From: an uncultured Clostridia bacterium
GTDB taxonomy: Bacteria > Bacillota > Clostridia > Christensenellales > DTU072
NCBI GenBank assembly: GCA_944350065.1
Contig: CALVOD010000001.1
Location: 1-63,113 of the forward strand
Direction of reading: 5' to 3'
DNA: 63,113 nt
Shown: positions 47,438-57,973 of the stretch, piece after piece
How positions within the stretch are numbered: the stretch's first letter is position 1
Layout of the letters: the number at the start of each line of letters is the position of its first letter
Made by a program: the position numbers and the translations under genes
The notes under the pieces: model-generated
Told to the model about the DNA's origin: nothing
The model's input: the letters and a program-made list of their open reading frames with translations, nothing else
Databases searched by the model: none

Positions 47438-49429
47438 ATGGCGAAAGATACAAAAACCACTGCGGCGCATTATAATGCCGACGACATTCAGGCGCTTGAA
47501 GGTATCGACGCGGTCCGCGCGCGGCCGGGTATGTATATCGGCTCGACGGGGCCGAAAGGTCTGCACCAACTCATCTGGGAGATAGTGGACAACTCCGTCG
47601 ACGAGGCGCTGAACGGCTATGCCGATTCTATTTCGATGGTTATTTATCCTGACGGCTCGTTTTCTGTCGAAGACAACGGCAGAGGTATGCCCGTCGATAT
47701 CAACGCGAAACATAAGAAATCGGGCGTCGAAATGATTTTCACTATGCTGCACGCGGGCGGCAAATTCAATAACGACCAATATAAATTCAGCGGCGGTCTG
47801 CACGGCGTGGGCGCTTCCACAGTCAACGCGTTGTCCGTTTGGCTCGAAGTGGAGGTTTACCGCGGCGGTAAAATTTATTTTCAGCGTTTCAGAAGGGTGA
47901 ATCAGGGCAAGACCGTCAAGTCGGGCATTCCCGAGGAACCCATCAAACAGGTCGGCGTTACGAAAAAACGCGGTTCGAAGGTCACTTTCCTTCCCGATCC
48001 CGACGTGTTCGAGACGACGGAATTCGATTACAAGGTCATCAAACAACACATAAAAGAGCTTTCATATCTCACCAAAGGCGTCAGGTTTTCGCTCGAGGAC
48101 AGGCGTTCGACAGACGAGGAAGGCAATTACAGATCCTGCGAATACTGTGCGCGCGGCGGGCTCGTCGATTTCGTGAAAAACCTTAACGAGAACAAGACGC
48201 GCCAGCTCGAAAAGGTCATTTATATCGAAGCGGAGGACCCCGTTCTCAACAGGCAGTTACAGGTCGCGATACAATATACCGAAACTTTCGTGGAGAACAT
48301 ATTTTCTTTCGTGAACAACATTTCGACGACGGAAGGCGGCACTCACGAAACGGGCTTCAAACTGGCGTTTACACGTGCGATGTCGGAGTATATCAAGCGC
48401 AACAAGCTCACCAAAGACAAGGATCCCGCGCTGATAGGAGACGATTACCGCGAAGGTATGACGGCGGTCATCAATCTGAAAATGCAGGAACCGCAGTTCG
48501 AAGGGCAGACCAAGACCAAGCTCGGCAACCCCGATATAAAAAGCTGGGTGGAAAACGTGCTTTACGAGAAACTCAGCGCATATTTCGCGGAGAACAAGAA
48601 TAAGGACATCGCCACTCTTATAGCGAAAATTGGTATCAACGCGAGTAAGGTCCGTACCGAAGAAAAACGCGTAAAGGACGCGATGCGTTCTTCGCGCAAC
48701 AATATGACGGGGCAACTCGCGATAGGCAAACTTTCGAGCTGTTCGGGGAAGAATTACTCGCAAAACGAGCTGTTCATCGTGGAGGGCGATTCGGCGGGCG
48801 GCTCGGCGAAGAAGGGCAGGAATCGCACTTTCCAAGCGGTGCTCGCGTTGCGCGGCAAGCCGCTCAACACCGAGAAGGCGAGCAAGGTGGATATTCTCAA
48901 AAACGCAGAAATAAACACCATAATATACGCTTTGGGTACCGATTTCGACAAAGACTTCAATATCAAGAACCTCAAGTACGATAAGATAATTATTCTCGCG
49001 GACGCCGACCACGACGGCGAACACATTAGATGTCTGTTGCTTACTTTCTTTTACAGGTTTATGCGTCCGCTTATTACGGAGGGACACGTTTATCTCGGTA
49101 TGCCTCCTCTTTACAGGATAACGCAGAAGGGCGAAACGCGTTACGCTTACAACGACGCGGAGCTCGAGACCATGCTCAAGACCGTTAAAGGTAGTTACAA
49201 CCTACAGCGCTATAAAGGTCTCGGCGAAATGAATTACGATCAGCTGTGGGACACCACGCTCAATCCCAAGACGCGCTGCCTTACCCGCGTGACCATCGAC
49301 GACGCTGCGGAAGCGGACGAAATGGTTTCGCTGCTTATGGGCGACAACGCGGAGAAGCGTAAGGAATTCATTAACGAGAACGCCAACTTCAATAAAGTGG
49401 ACGCGTTGGGCAATAAAATAGGGGTGTGA
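47438..49429 (+). CDS. type IIA DNA topoisomerase subunit B (GyrB/ParE family; motifs lean towards ParE)
   Basis: GHKL ATPase motifs (EIVDNSVDEAL, DNGRGMPVD, GLHGVG), Toprim (EGDSAGGS, DADHDGEHI), and the tail. ATG 47438 is preceded by AGGAGG. Confidence 0.9.
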   Translation: MAKDTKTTAAHYNADDIQALEGIDAVRARPGMYIGSTGPKGLHQLIWEIVDNSVDEALNGYADSISMVIYPDGSFSVEDNGRGMPVDINAKHKKSGVEMIFTMLHAGGKFNNDQYKFSGGLHGVGASTVNALSVWLEVEVYRGGKIYFQRFRRVNQGKTVKSGIPEEPIKQVGVTKKRGSKVTFLPDPDVFETTEFDYKVIKQHIKELSYLTKGVRFSLEDRRSTDEEGNYRSCEYCARGGLVDFVKNLNENKTRQLEKVIYIEAEDPVLNRQLQVAIQYTETFVENIFSFVNNISTTEGGTHETGFKLAFTRAMSEYIKRNKLTKDKDPALIGDDYREGMTAVINLKMQEPQFEGQTKTKLGNPDIKSWVENVLYEKLSAYFAENKNKDIATLIAKIGINASKVRTEEKRVKDAMRSSRNNMTGQLAIGKLSSCSGKNYSQNELFIVEGDSAGGSAKKGRNRTFQAVLALRGKPLNTEKASKVDILKNAEINTIIYALGTDFDKDFNIKNLKYDKIIILADADHDGEHIRCLLLTFFYRFMRPLITEGHVYLGMPPLYRITQKGETRYAYNDAELETMLKTVKGSYNLQRYKGLGEMNYDQLWDTTLNPKTRCLTRVTIDDAAEADEMVSLLMGDNAEKRKEFINENANFNKVDALGNKIGV

Positions 49430-49431
49430 GT

Positions 49432-51924
49432 ATGAAAGCCAAACAAATGAGTTTCGACCTGGAACAGACGGTCGTCGAAAAACCGATAGAAAACATAATG
49501 CCCGAATCGATGATGATTTATTCGGAGCATATCATACTCGACCGTACGTTGCCGCGCGTGGAGGACGGACTTAAACCCGTTCAGCGCAGGATATTGTACA
49601 CGATGTACAACCTCAATATGAAGCCGAAAGGCGGTTTCAAGAAATCGGCGCGTATCGTAGGCGATTGCATGGGTAAATATCATCCGCACGGCGATTCGTC
49701 GATTTACGACGCCATGGCGAGGCTTACTCAGGACTTCAGTATGCGCATGCCGCTCATTAACGGACAGGGCAACTTCGGAACGCTTTCCGATCCGCCGGCC
49801 GCAATGCGTTATACGGAAGTGGAAATGGGTTCGCTCGCGATGGAACTTCTTCGCGATATCGACAAAAACACCGTTCAATGGAATAAAAACTTCGACGATA
49901 CGCTCGAGGAGCCCGATCTTCTTCCGGGCAGATTCCCCAACATTCTCGTGAACGGCACCGTAGGCATAGCGATAGGTATAGCTACCAATATCCCGCCGCA
50001 TAATCTTACCGAAGTGATAGACGGATGCGTGGCGATGCTCGACAATCCGCACATTAAACTCGAGGAGCTCGTGCGTTATATCAAGGGACCGGATTTCCCG
50101 TCGGGCGGATTTATGGTAGGCGGCGAGGACATACTCAACGTATACCGTACCGGCAAAGGCAAACTTACTTTGCGCGGCAGAGTGGACATAGAGAACGACG
50201 GCGACAGGCAGAACATAGTCATCACCGAAGTCCCGTGGGGGGTGAACCCGCATAAGATAGTCGAGAAGCTGTACGTTCTGCGCGAAAAGAAAAAGGAAAT
50301 ATTCGGCAACATTATCGACGTTGCGGACGAAACGGCGCGTAATTTACGCATAGTCGTCAAGCTCAAGAAGGGCGAGGACGCCGTTAAATTGCTCGATCAG
50401 ATATACAGGCAAACGGAGCTTCAGAGCGCTTGCAGCGTGAATATGGTGGCGATAGCGGACGGCAAGCCCAAGCAATTAGGGCTGATACCGCTTCTGAAAT
50501 ACTACCTCGATTATCAAAAAGAGGTCGTGCGCAAGAGAAGCGTATACGAACTCGGAGTCGCCAAGAAGCGCGCGGAGATACTGGAAGGATATCTCAAGAT
50601 AATTCCCGATATCGACGAAGTGATAGCGATAATCAGAGCGGCGGCGAACAGAGCGGCGGCGAAAGCCGAACTTAAAGAGCGTTTCGAATTAAGCGAAGCG
50701 CAGGCGGAAGCGATACTGACGTTACAGCTCGGCAATATCAATAAGCTCGACGTCGGCAAATATAAGGAGGAGCTTACCGGGCTTAACAAAGACATAATAC
50801 GTTTAAGCAACGTGATAGGCTCGGTAAAAGAGCAATGCGCCGTAGTACGTTCGGAGCTTCTCGAAATTCGCGATCGCTACAAATCGGAGCCCAACAGCAA
50901 GCGTTTGACTACCATAATAGGCGATCTCGAGGATATCGACGTTAAGCCGTTCGATCCTACCAAGAGGACTTCGAAGCGTTCTATAGTGGCGCTCGACTCG
51001 GAAGGCAGGGTGAAGGTACTGTCGAGCAAGAATTATCTTTCCGCCAACCGCGAAGCGGGTTCGGGCGGTATCAACGGCGTGGCGCGTTCGCTCACGCAGG
51101 TGGAGCCGGGGTACTACGCGCTCATATTCGGCAGTCAGGGCAACTGTTATCGTCTGGACACTTCGGCGGTGCTCGAGAAGCACTGGCTCGATAAGGGCGA
51201 CGCGCTCATCGACCTTTACCCCGAGTTCGCGTCGAAATCGGAAAAGGCGGTGGCGGTGATACCCGTAGATCCCGATAATCCCGGCGACGACGAAGTTTAT
51301 ATCTATACCAAACAAGGCATGGTGAAGAAGTCCCGGCTCGCGGCGTACGTGGTCAGCAAGGACGCATATCAGGTCGTGGGACTCAAGAGCGACGACGAAG
51401 TGATAGGCGTCGAGAAGGTGGTGCCCGACGCGACGATATTATTCGTTACGAGCGACGGTCAGTGCGTAAATTCGATGACTGACGATTATCCGCTGCAGGG
51501 ACGCATAGCCGGCGGCGTCATCGGGGTGAACCTCAACGAAGGCGCCGAAGTGGTTTATGCCGGGCAGGCGGACGTAGAGCCCGGGATAGACGACGAGGGC
51601 AAGGAAGTATTCATGCCGCTCGGAGAGATAGTGATCGTCACCGACAAGGGTACCGGCAAACGCGTGGTGGCTTCGGAATTCTCGCCGATGCGCCGCAACC
51701 GCAAGGGACTCAGAATAATAGATATTTACGGCGAAAAAACCAAGGTTATTTTCGCTTGTAAGGTGCTCGAGCCTTATAAACTCGTGTTGATAGGCGAAGG
51801 CGGAGAAGAATTGAACGTGATAGACACCGAGGATATCCGCATCGAGAAGAAGGATACGAAGGGCAAACCGATAATGCGGGGCGTTACTTTCGACAGGGTG
51901 ATACGTCACACGGAGGAAATATAA
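49432..51924 (+). CDS. type IIA DNA topoisomerase subunit A (GyrA/ParC family; motifs lean towards ParC)
   Basis: DGLKPVQRRILYTM, KYHPHGDSSIYDAM, and AAMRYTE with the catalytic Tyr. A C-terminal beta-pinwheel region has no QRRGGKG GyrA box. Confidence 0.9.
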   Translation: MKAKQMSFDLEQTVVEKPIENIMPESMMIYSEHIILDRTLPRVEDGLKPVQRRILYTMYNLNMKPKGGFKKSARIVGDCMGKYHPHGDSSIYDAMARLTQDFSMRMPLINGQGNFGTLSDPPAAMRYTEVEMGSLAMELLRDIDKNTVQWNKNFDDTLEEPDLLPGRFPNILVNGTVGIAIGIATNIPPHNLTEVIDGCVAMLDNPHIKLEELVRYIKGPDFPSGGFMVGGEDILNVYRTGKGKLTLRGRVDIENDGDRQNIVITEVPWGVNPHKIVEKLYVLREKKKEIFGNIIDVADETARNLRIVVKLKKGEDAVKLLDQIYRQTELQSACSVNMVAIADGKPKQLGLIPLLKYYLDYQKEVVRKRSVYELGVAKKRAEILEGYLKIIPDIDEVIAIIRAAANRAAAKAELKERFELSEAQAEAILTLQLGNINKLDVGKYKEELTGLNKDIIRLSNVIGSVKEQCAVVRSELLEIRDRYKSEPNSKRLTTIIGDLEDIDVKPFDPTKRTSKRSIVALDSEGRVKVLSSKNYLSANREAGSGGINGVARSLTQVEPGYYALIFGSQGNCYRLDTSAVLEKHWLDKGDALIDLYPEFASKSEKAVAVIPVDPDNPGDDEVYIYTKQGMVKKSRLAAYVVSKDAYQVVGLKSDDEVIGVEKVVPDATILFVTSDGQCVNSMTDDYPLQGRIAGGVIGVNLNEGAEVVYAGQADVEPGIDDEGKEVFMPLGEIVIVTDKGTGKRVVASEFSPMRRNRKGLRIIDIYGEKTKVIFACKVLEPYKLVLIGEGGEELNVIDTEDIRIEKKDTKGKPIMRGVTFDRVIRHTEEI

Positions 51925-53243
51925 TGGCGAAACCTCTCGTCGCGGTGGTAGGCAGACCTAACGTCGGCAAATCCACCTTTTTCAACAAAATGGCAGGAAG
52001 GCGCGTCAGCATAGTGGACGATATGCCGGGCGTTACCCGCGATCGGATATATACCGACGTGGAGTGGTGCGGCTATTCGTTCACGCTCGTCGATACCGGG
52101 GGTATCGAGCTTAAGAGCGAAGACGCAATGTGGTCTCATATCCGTCGTCAGGCAGAGCTTGCGATAGACATAGCGGACGTAATACTCTTTTTCGTGGACG
52201 GCAAGAGCGGGCTTACGTCCGGGGACTACGACGTGGCGGATTTTCTGCGCAGAACCCGTAAGCCCGTCGTGCTTGCGGTAAACAAAGTGGACGGCAGCGA
52301 CAATTCCGCCATATACGACTTTTACGCGCTCGATTTAGGCGAGCCCGTTCCGATATCGGCGGAGCAAAGTCTCGGGCTCGGCGATCTTCTCGACGAGGTC
52401 GTCAAGCATTTCGACGGGAAAACCGCAGCAGACGAGGAAGCCGAAAGCATAAAAATAGCCGTGGTCGGCAAGCCAAATTCCGGCAAATCCTCTCTCGTTA
52501 ACCGTATACTCGGTTTCGAAAGAGTGATAGTCAGTAACGTCGCGGGCACCACTCGCGACGCGATAGACACGCCTTTCGAGTACGAAGGCAGGCGTTACGT
52601 TATCATCGACACCGCCGGTATCCGTAAAAAGAGCAAAGTGGGCGAGGACGTGGAATACTACAGCGTGGTGCGCAGCATCAACGCGATACGCCGCGCCGAC
52701 GTGGTGCTCGAGGTGGTGGATGCCGAGGAAACGCTTTCGGAGCAGGACGTCAAAATCGCGGGGCTGATTCACGAAGCGGGCAAGCCGAGCATTATCGTCA
52801 TCAACAAGTGGGATCTCGTGGAGAAGGACTCCAACACGGTCAACCGCTTCAACGACAAGCTCAAAACGGAGCTCAAGTTTATGGACTATTTCCGTTCCGT
52901 ATTCGTTTCCGCGCTGACTGGTCAGCGCGTGAACACCTTACTCGGACATATAGACTCCGTATACGAGAACGCGTCCAGAAGAATATCGACCGGGCTCCTG
53001 AACGACGTTATCGGGGACGCCGTTTCCGTCAACGAGCCGCCCACGCACAACGGCAAAAAACTGAAGATTTTCTATGCGACGCAGGTCTCGGCGAATCCGC
53101 CGGCGTTCGTTATATTCTGTAACGATCCCAAACTGATGCACTTTTCTTACAGACGGTATCTGGAGAACAGACTCCGTAAGGCGTTCGACTTCAGCGGAAC
53201 TCCTATCAAATTAATTACACGCGCCCGCGATGACGTGAAATGA
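51924..53243 (+). CDS. der: ribosome biogenesis GTPase Der (EngA)
   Basis: Two tandem G domains (GRPNVGKSTFFN, GKPNSGKSSLVN; DTGG, DTAG; NKVD, NKWD) plus a KH-like C-terminus. Confidence 0.93.
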   Translation: MAKPLVAVVGRPNVGKSTFFNKMAGRRVSIVDDMPGVTRDRIYTDVEWCGYSFTLVDTGGIELKSEDAMWSHIRRQAELAIDIADVILFFVDGKSGLTSGDYDVADFLRRTRKPVVLAVNKVDGSDNSAIYDFYALDLGEPVPISAEQSLGLGDLLDEVVKHFDGKTAADEEAESIKIAVVGKPNSGKSSLVNRILGFERVIVSNVAGTTRDAIDTPFEYEGRRYVIIDTAGIRKKSKVGEDVEYYSVVRSINAIRRADVVLEVVDAEETLSEQDVKIAGLIHEAGKPSIIVINKWDLVEKDSNTVNRFNDKLKTELKFMDYFRSVFVSALTGQRVNTLLGHIDSVYENASRRISTGLLNDVIGDAVSVNEPPTHNGKKLKIFYATQVSANPPAFVIFCNDPKLMHFSYRRYLENRLRKAFDFSGTPIKLITRARDDVK

Positions 53244-53253
53244 GGTTATAAAT

Positions 53254-54507
53254 ATGAATTACAACGAACTTACCAACGAACGTAAACAAGAACTCCTTAA
53301 AGAAGAACTCGCGCGTTACGAGAAATTCAAAGCGATGAATCTCAAGCTGGATATGAGCCGCGGCAAGCCCTGTAAAGAGCAACTCGATCTTTCCATGGGA
53401 ATGTTCGACTTACTGAATTCGTCGTCTTCGCTTCAGGGCAAGCAGGATTACCGCAATTACGGTATCAACGACGGCATACCCGAAATAAAAGCGATATTCA
53501 CCGAATTGCTCGGCGTGACCGAGGACGAAATAATCGTATCCGGCAACGCGAGTCTGATACTTATGTACGACACGATACAACGTGCGATGCAGTTCGGCGT
53601 GCTCGGCGGGGAGCCGTGGAACAAACAGGGCAAGATCAAATGGCTTTGCCCCGTACCCGGATACGACAGGCATTTTGCGGTGACGGAGCTTTTCGGCATG
53701 GAGATGATCAACGTGCCGATGAACGACGACGGACCCGACATGGATATGGTGGAGGAACTCGTCAAAGATCCTTCCGTCAAGGGTATATGGTGCGTTCCCA
53801 AGTATTCCAATCCGATGGGTATAATTTACTCCGACGAGGTGGTGAAGCGTTTTGCCGCGCTCAAGCCTGCGGCGAAGGATTTCCGCATCATGTGGGATAA
53901 CGCGTATATGGTGCATGCGCTTTACGGTCAGGACAAGATGCTCGACATTTTTGCCGAAGCGAAAAAATGCGATAACGAAGATATAGTTTATATGTTCGGG
54001 TCCACTTCGAAAATAACTTTTGCGGGCGCGGGTATCGCGTTTATCGCGGGAAGCAAGCGCAATATGGACGCACTGCGCAAGCTCATCAACATACAGTCGA
54101 TAGGACCGGACAAGGTATCGCAGTACGCGCACGCGCTGTTCTTCAAGAATGCGGCGGGCATATACGCCCAGATGGAGAAACACGCCGAAATTCTGCGTCC
54201 CAAATTCGACGCGGTGCTCGAAATACTCGAAGAAGAACTGGGCGATACCGGCATTGCGAAGTGGAATAAACCGCGCGGCGGGTATTTCATTTCCTGTTTC
54301 CTCAAGAAAGGAACGGCGAAGCGTACGGTACAGCTTGCCAAAGAAGCGGGCGTGGTATTTACCGGAGCGGGCGCCACTTATCCTTACAAGAACGATCCCG
54401 ACGACAGCAACCTGCGTATCGCGCCCACGCTTCCGCCGATAGACGAGCTGCGCACGGCGATGAAGATATTCTGCTGTTCGGCAAAGATCGCCGCTCTCGA
54501 AAAATAA
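53254..54507 (+). CDS. class I/II PLP-dependent aminotransferase
   Basis: Fold-type I layout, with the PLP-lysine region FGSTSKITFAGAGIAF and the N-terminal LDMSRGKP substrate loop. 417 aa. Confidence 0.8.
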   Translation: MNYNELTNERKQELLKEELARYEKFKAMNLKLDMSRGKPCKEQLDLSMGMFDLLNSSSSLQGKQDYRNYGINDGIPEIKAIFTELLGVTEDEIIVSGNASLILMYDTIQRAMQFGVLGGEPWNKQGKIKWLCPVPGYDRHFAVTELFGMEMINVPMNDDGPDMDMVEELVKDPSVKGIWCVPKYSNPMGIIYSDEVVKRFAALKPAAKDFRIMWDNAYMVHALYGQDKMLDIFAEAKKCDNEDIVYMFGSTSKITFAGAGIAFIAGSKRNMDALRKLINIQSIGPDKVSQYAHALFFKNAAGIYAQMEKHAEILRPKFDAVLEILEEELGDTGIAKWNKPRGGYFISCFLKKGTAKRTVQLAKEAGVVFTGAGATYPYKNDPDDSNLRIAPTLPPIDELRTAMKIFCCSAKIAALEK

Positions 54508-54611
54508 TCCGCGCAAACGCTTTAAGGCGATTCCCGCGAGAAGGGGATACGCTTTAAAAAGTCAATCTCCGTATAATCCTAATAAATAGGCGCGCGTATG
54601 CGCGTGAGAGG

Positions 54612-54640
54612 AGCCCCGCTTTAGGCGGGGCTTCGATTTA
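54612..54640 (+). terminator. terminator after the aminotransferase gene
   Basis: Stem AGCCCCGC/GCGGGGCT with a TTTAG loop, then TCGATTTA. Confidence 0.65.
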
Positions 54641-54654
54641 TCGGAAGGCTGACT

Positions 54655-54683
54655 GCATAACGCGCACAATTCCGGCATAGAAT
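54655..54683 (+). promoter_or_regulatory. sigmaE-type sporulation promoter candidate for spoIVA
   Basis: GCATAAC-14 nt-CATAGAAT compared with the B. subtilis sigmaE consensus ZHATAXX-14-CATACAHT (6/7 and 7/8 matches). It ends 25 nt before ATG 54709. Confidence 0.5.
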
Positions 54684-54708
54684 TTAACAAAAAATATGGA
54701 GGACGAAT

Positions 54709-56184
54709 ATGTCGGAATACAATATATATAAAGATATAGCCTCGCGCACAGGCGGGGATATCTATATCGGCGTGGTCGGACCCGTCAGGACGGGGAAGTC
54801 CACGTTTATCAAGCGTTTTATGGAAACGCTTGTGCTCGACAATATCGCGGACGACGCCAAGCGCGAGCGTGCGCGCGATGAACTGCCTCAGTCTGCCGAC
54901 GGCAGGACGGTGATGACTACGGAGCCCAAGTTCGTACCCAACGAAGCCGTGAGGGTATCGGCTGACGACGCCGAAGCCAATATCCGTCTCATAGACTGCG
55001 TGGGATATCTCGTGGACGGCGCGATAGGGCACGAAGAAGGCGACAAACCGAGAATGGTCAACACACCATGGAGCGCCAAGCAGATACCGTTCAAGGAAGC
55101 GGCGGAGCTCGGCACGGATAAAGTCATCAGGGAGCATTCGACTATAGGCGTGGTGGTTACCACGGACGGCAGTATCACGGACATAGCGCGTACCAAATAC
55201 GTAGACGCCGAGGAGCGCGTGATCAAGGAGCTCAACGCTATAGGTAAACCCTTCGTCGTGGTCCTCAATACGGTGACGCCCGATTCCGCGGACACTTTGA
55301 AGCTCGCGGACAGTATCGCGGAGAGATACGACGTCAGAGTAGTGGCTATGAATGTAGCCGAGGCTACCGCAGACGACTTTGCGGCGCTCCTTAACGACGT
55401 GCTTATGGAGTTCCCCGTCAAGAGGATATCGGTCGATCTTCCCAAGTGGATGCGCGCGCTCGGCAGAGAGCATCCTGCCATAGCCTGGCTTACCGCGCGC
55501 CTTATGAGCGCCGACAACGACGCGAGAAGGATGAAGGACTTCAAGGATATGAGCGCGTTATTTGCGGATTCCGAATATACCGAAGACGAGCCCGACACTA
55601 TAGCGGATCCCGCAACCGGCATAATCACTCTTAAATTCCGCGCCAAGGAAGGACTTTTCTATAAAGTGGTTTCGGAGATGTGTAACGCGGACGTGGACGA
55701 CGATTACAAGCTGATGAGCTATCTTCTCAAAGCGGGCAAGGCGTATAAGGAGTACGAGAAACTGCGCGTGGCGATGGAGGAAATGCAGGAGACCGGATAC
55801 GGTATCGTAATGCCGTCAATGGAAGAAATGACTTTGCGCGAGCCCGAACTTATGAAACGCGGCTCGCAGTTCGGAGTCAAGCTGAAGGCTTCCGCGCCGT
55901 CCATACATTTGATGCGCGTAGACGTGGAGACCGAGGTGAATCCCATTATCGGAAGCGAGCAGCAGAGCGAAGATCTCGTCAACTATCTTATGGGCGAATT
56001 CGAGAACAACAAGCAGGGAATATGGGAAACGAATATGTTCGGCAAGTCCTTAAGCAGTCTCGTGAAAGAGGATCTGAACGGCAAAATTTCCAATATGCCC
56101 CCGGACGCGCAACGTAAGCTGAGACGTACCGTCACCCGCATAGTCAACGAAGGCAAGGGCGGCGTGCTGTGTATATTGCTGTGA
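54709..56184 (+). CDS. spoIVA: stage IV sporulation protein A (spore coat morphogenetic ATPase)
   Basis: MSEYNIYKDIASRTGGDIYIGVVGPVRTGKSTFIKRFME (Walker A) and the conserved C-terminus ..GKGGVLCILL. 491 aa, matching SpoIVA size. Confidence 0.93.
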   Translation: MSEYNIYKDIASRTGGDIYIGVVGPVRTGKSTFIKRFMETLVLDNIADDAKRERARDELPQSADGRTVMTTEPKFVPNEAVRVSADDAEANIRLIDCVGYLVDGAIGHEEGDKPRMVNTPWSAKQIPFKEAAELGTDKVIREHSTIGVVVTTDGSITDIARTKYVDAEERVIKELNAIGKPFVVVLNTVTPDSADTLKLADSIAERYDVRVVAMNVAEATADDFAALLNDVLMEFPVKRISVDLPKWMRALGREHPAIAWLTARLMSADNDARRMKDFKDMSALFADSEYTEDEPDTIADPATGIITLKFRAKEGLFYKVVSEMCNADVDDDYKLMSYLLKAGKAYKEYEKLRVAMEEMQETGYGIVMPSMEEMTLREPELMKRGSQFGVKLKASAPSIHLMRVDVETEVNPIIGSEQQSEDLVNYLMGEFENNKQGIWETNMFGKSLSSLVKEDLNGKISNMPPDAQRKLRRTVTRIVNEGKGGVLCILL

Positions 56185-56208
56185 CCGAATACAGCGGCAC
56201 TTGTAACG

Positions 56209-56244
56209 AAAAAGCGTTCCGTAAATTTTGCGGAACGCTTTTTT
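56209..56244. terminator. bidirectional terminator shared by convergent spoIVA and guaB
   Basis: 10-bp stem AAGCGTTCCG/CGGAACGCTT, flanked by an A-run upstream and a T-run downstream. Confidence 0.8.
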
Positions 56245-56275
56245 ATATCAAGTGATCGACGACGAAAATTCAAAT

Positions 56276-57913
<1,638 letters not shown>

Positions 57914-57973
57914 CTATAAATATAAGTACGCGCGTATGCGCTTCGCATTAAAGCGCGCATGCGCAGGAGGAAT

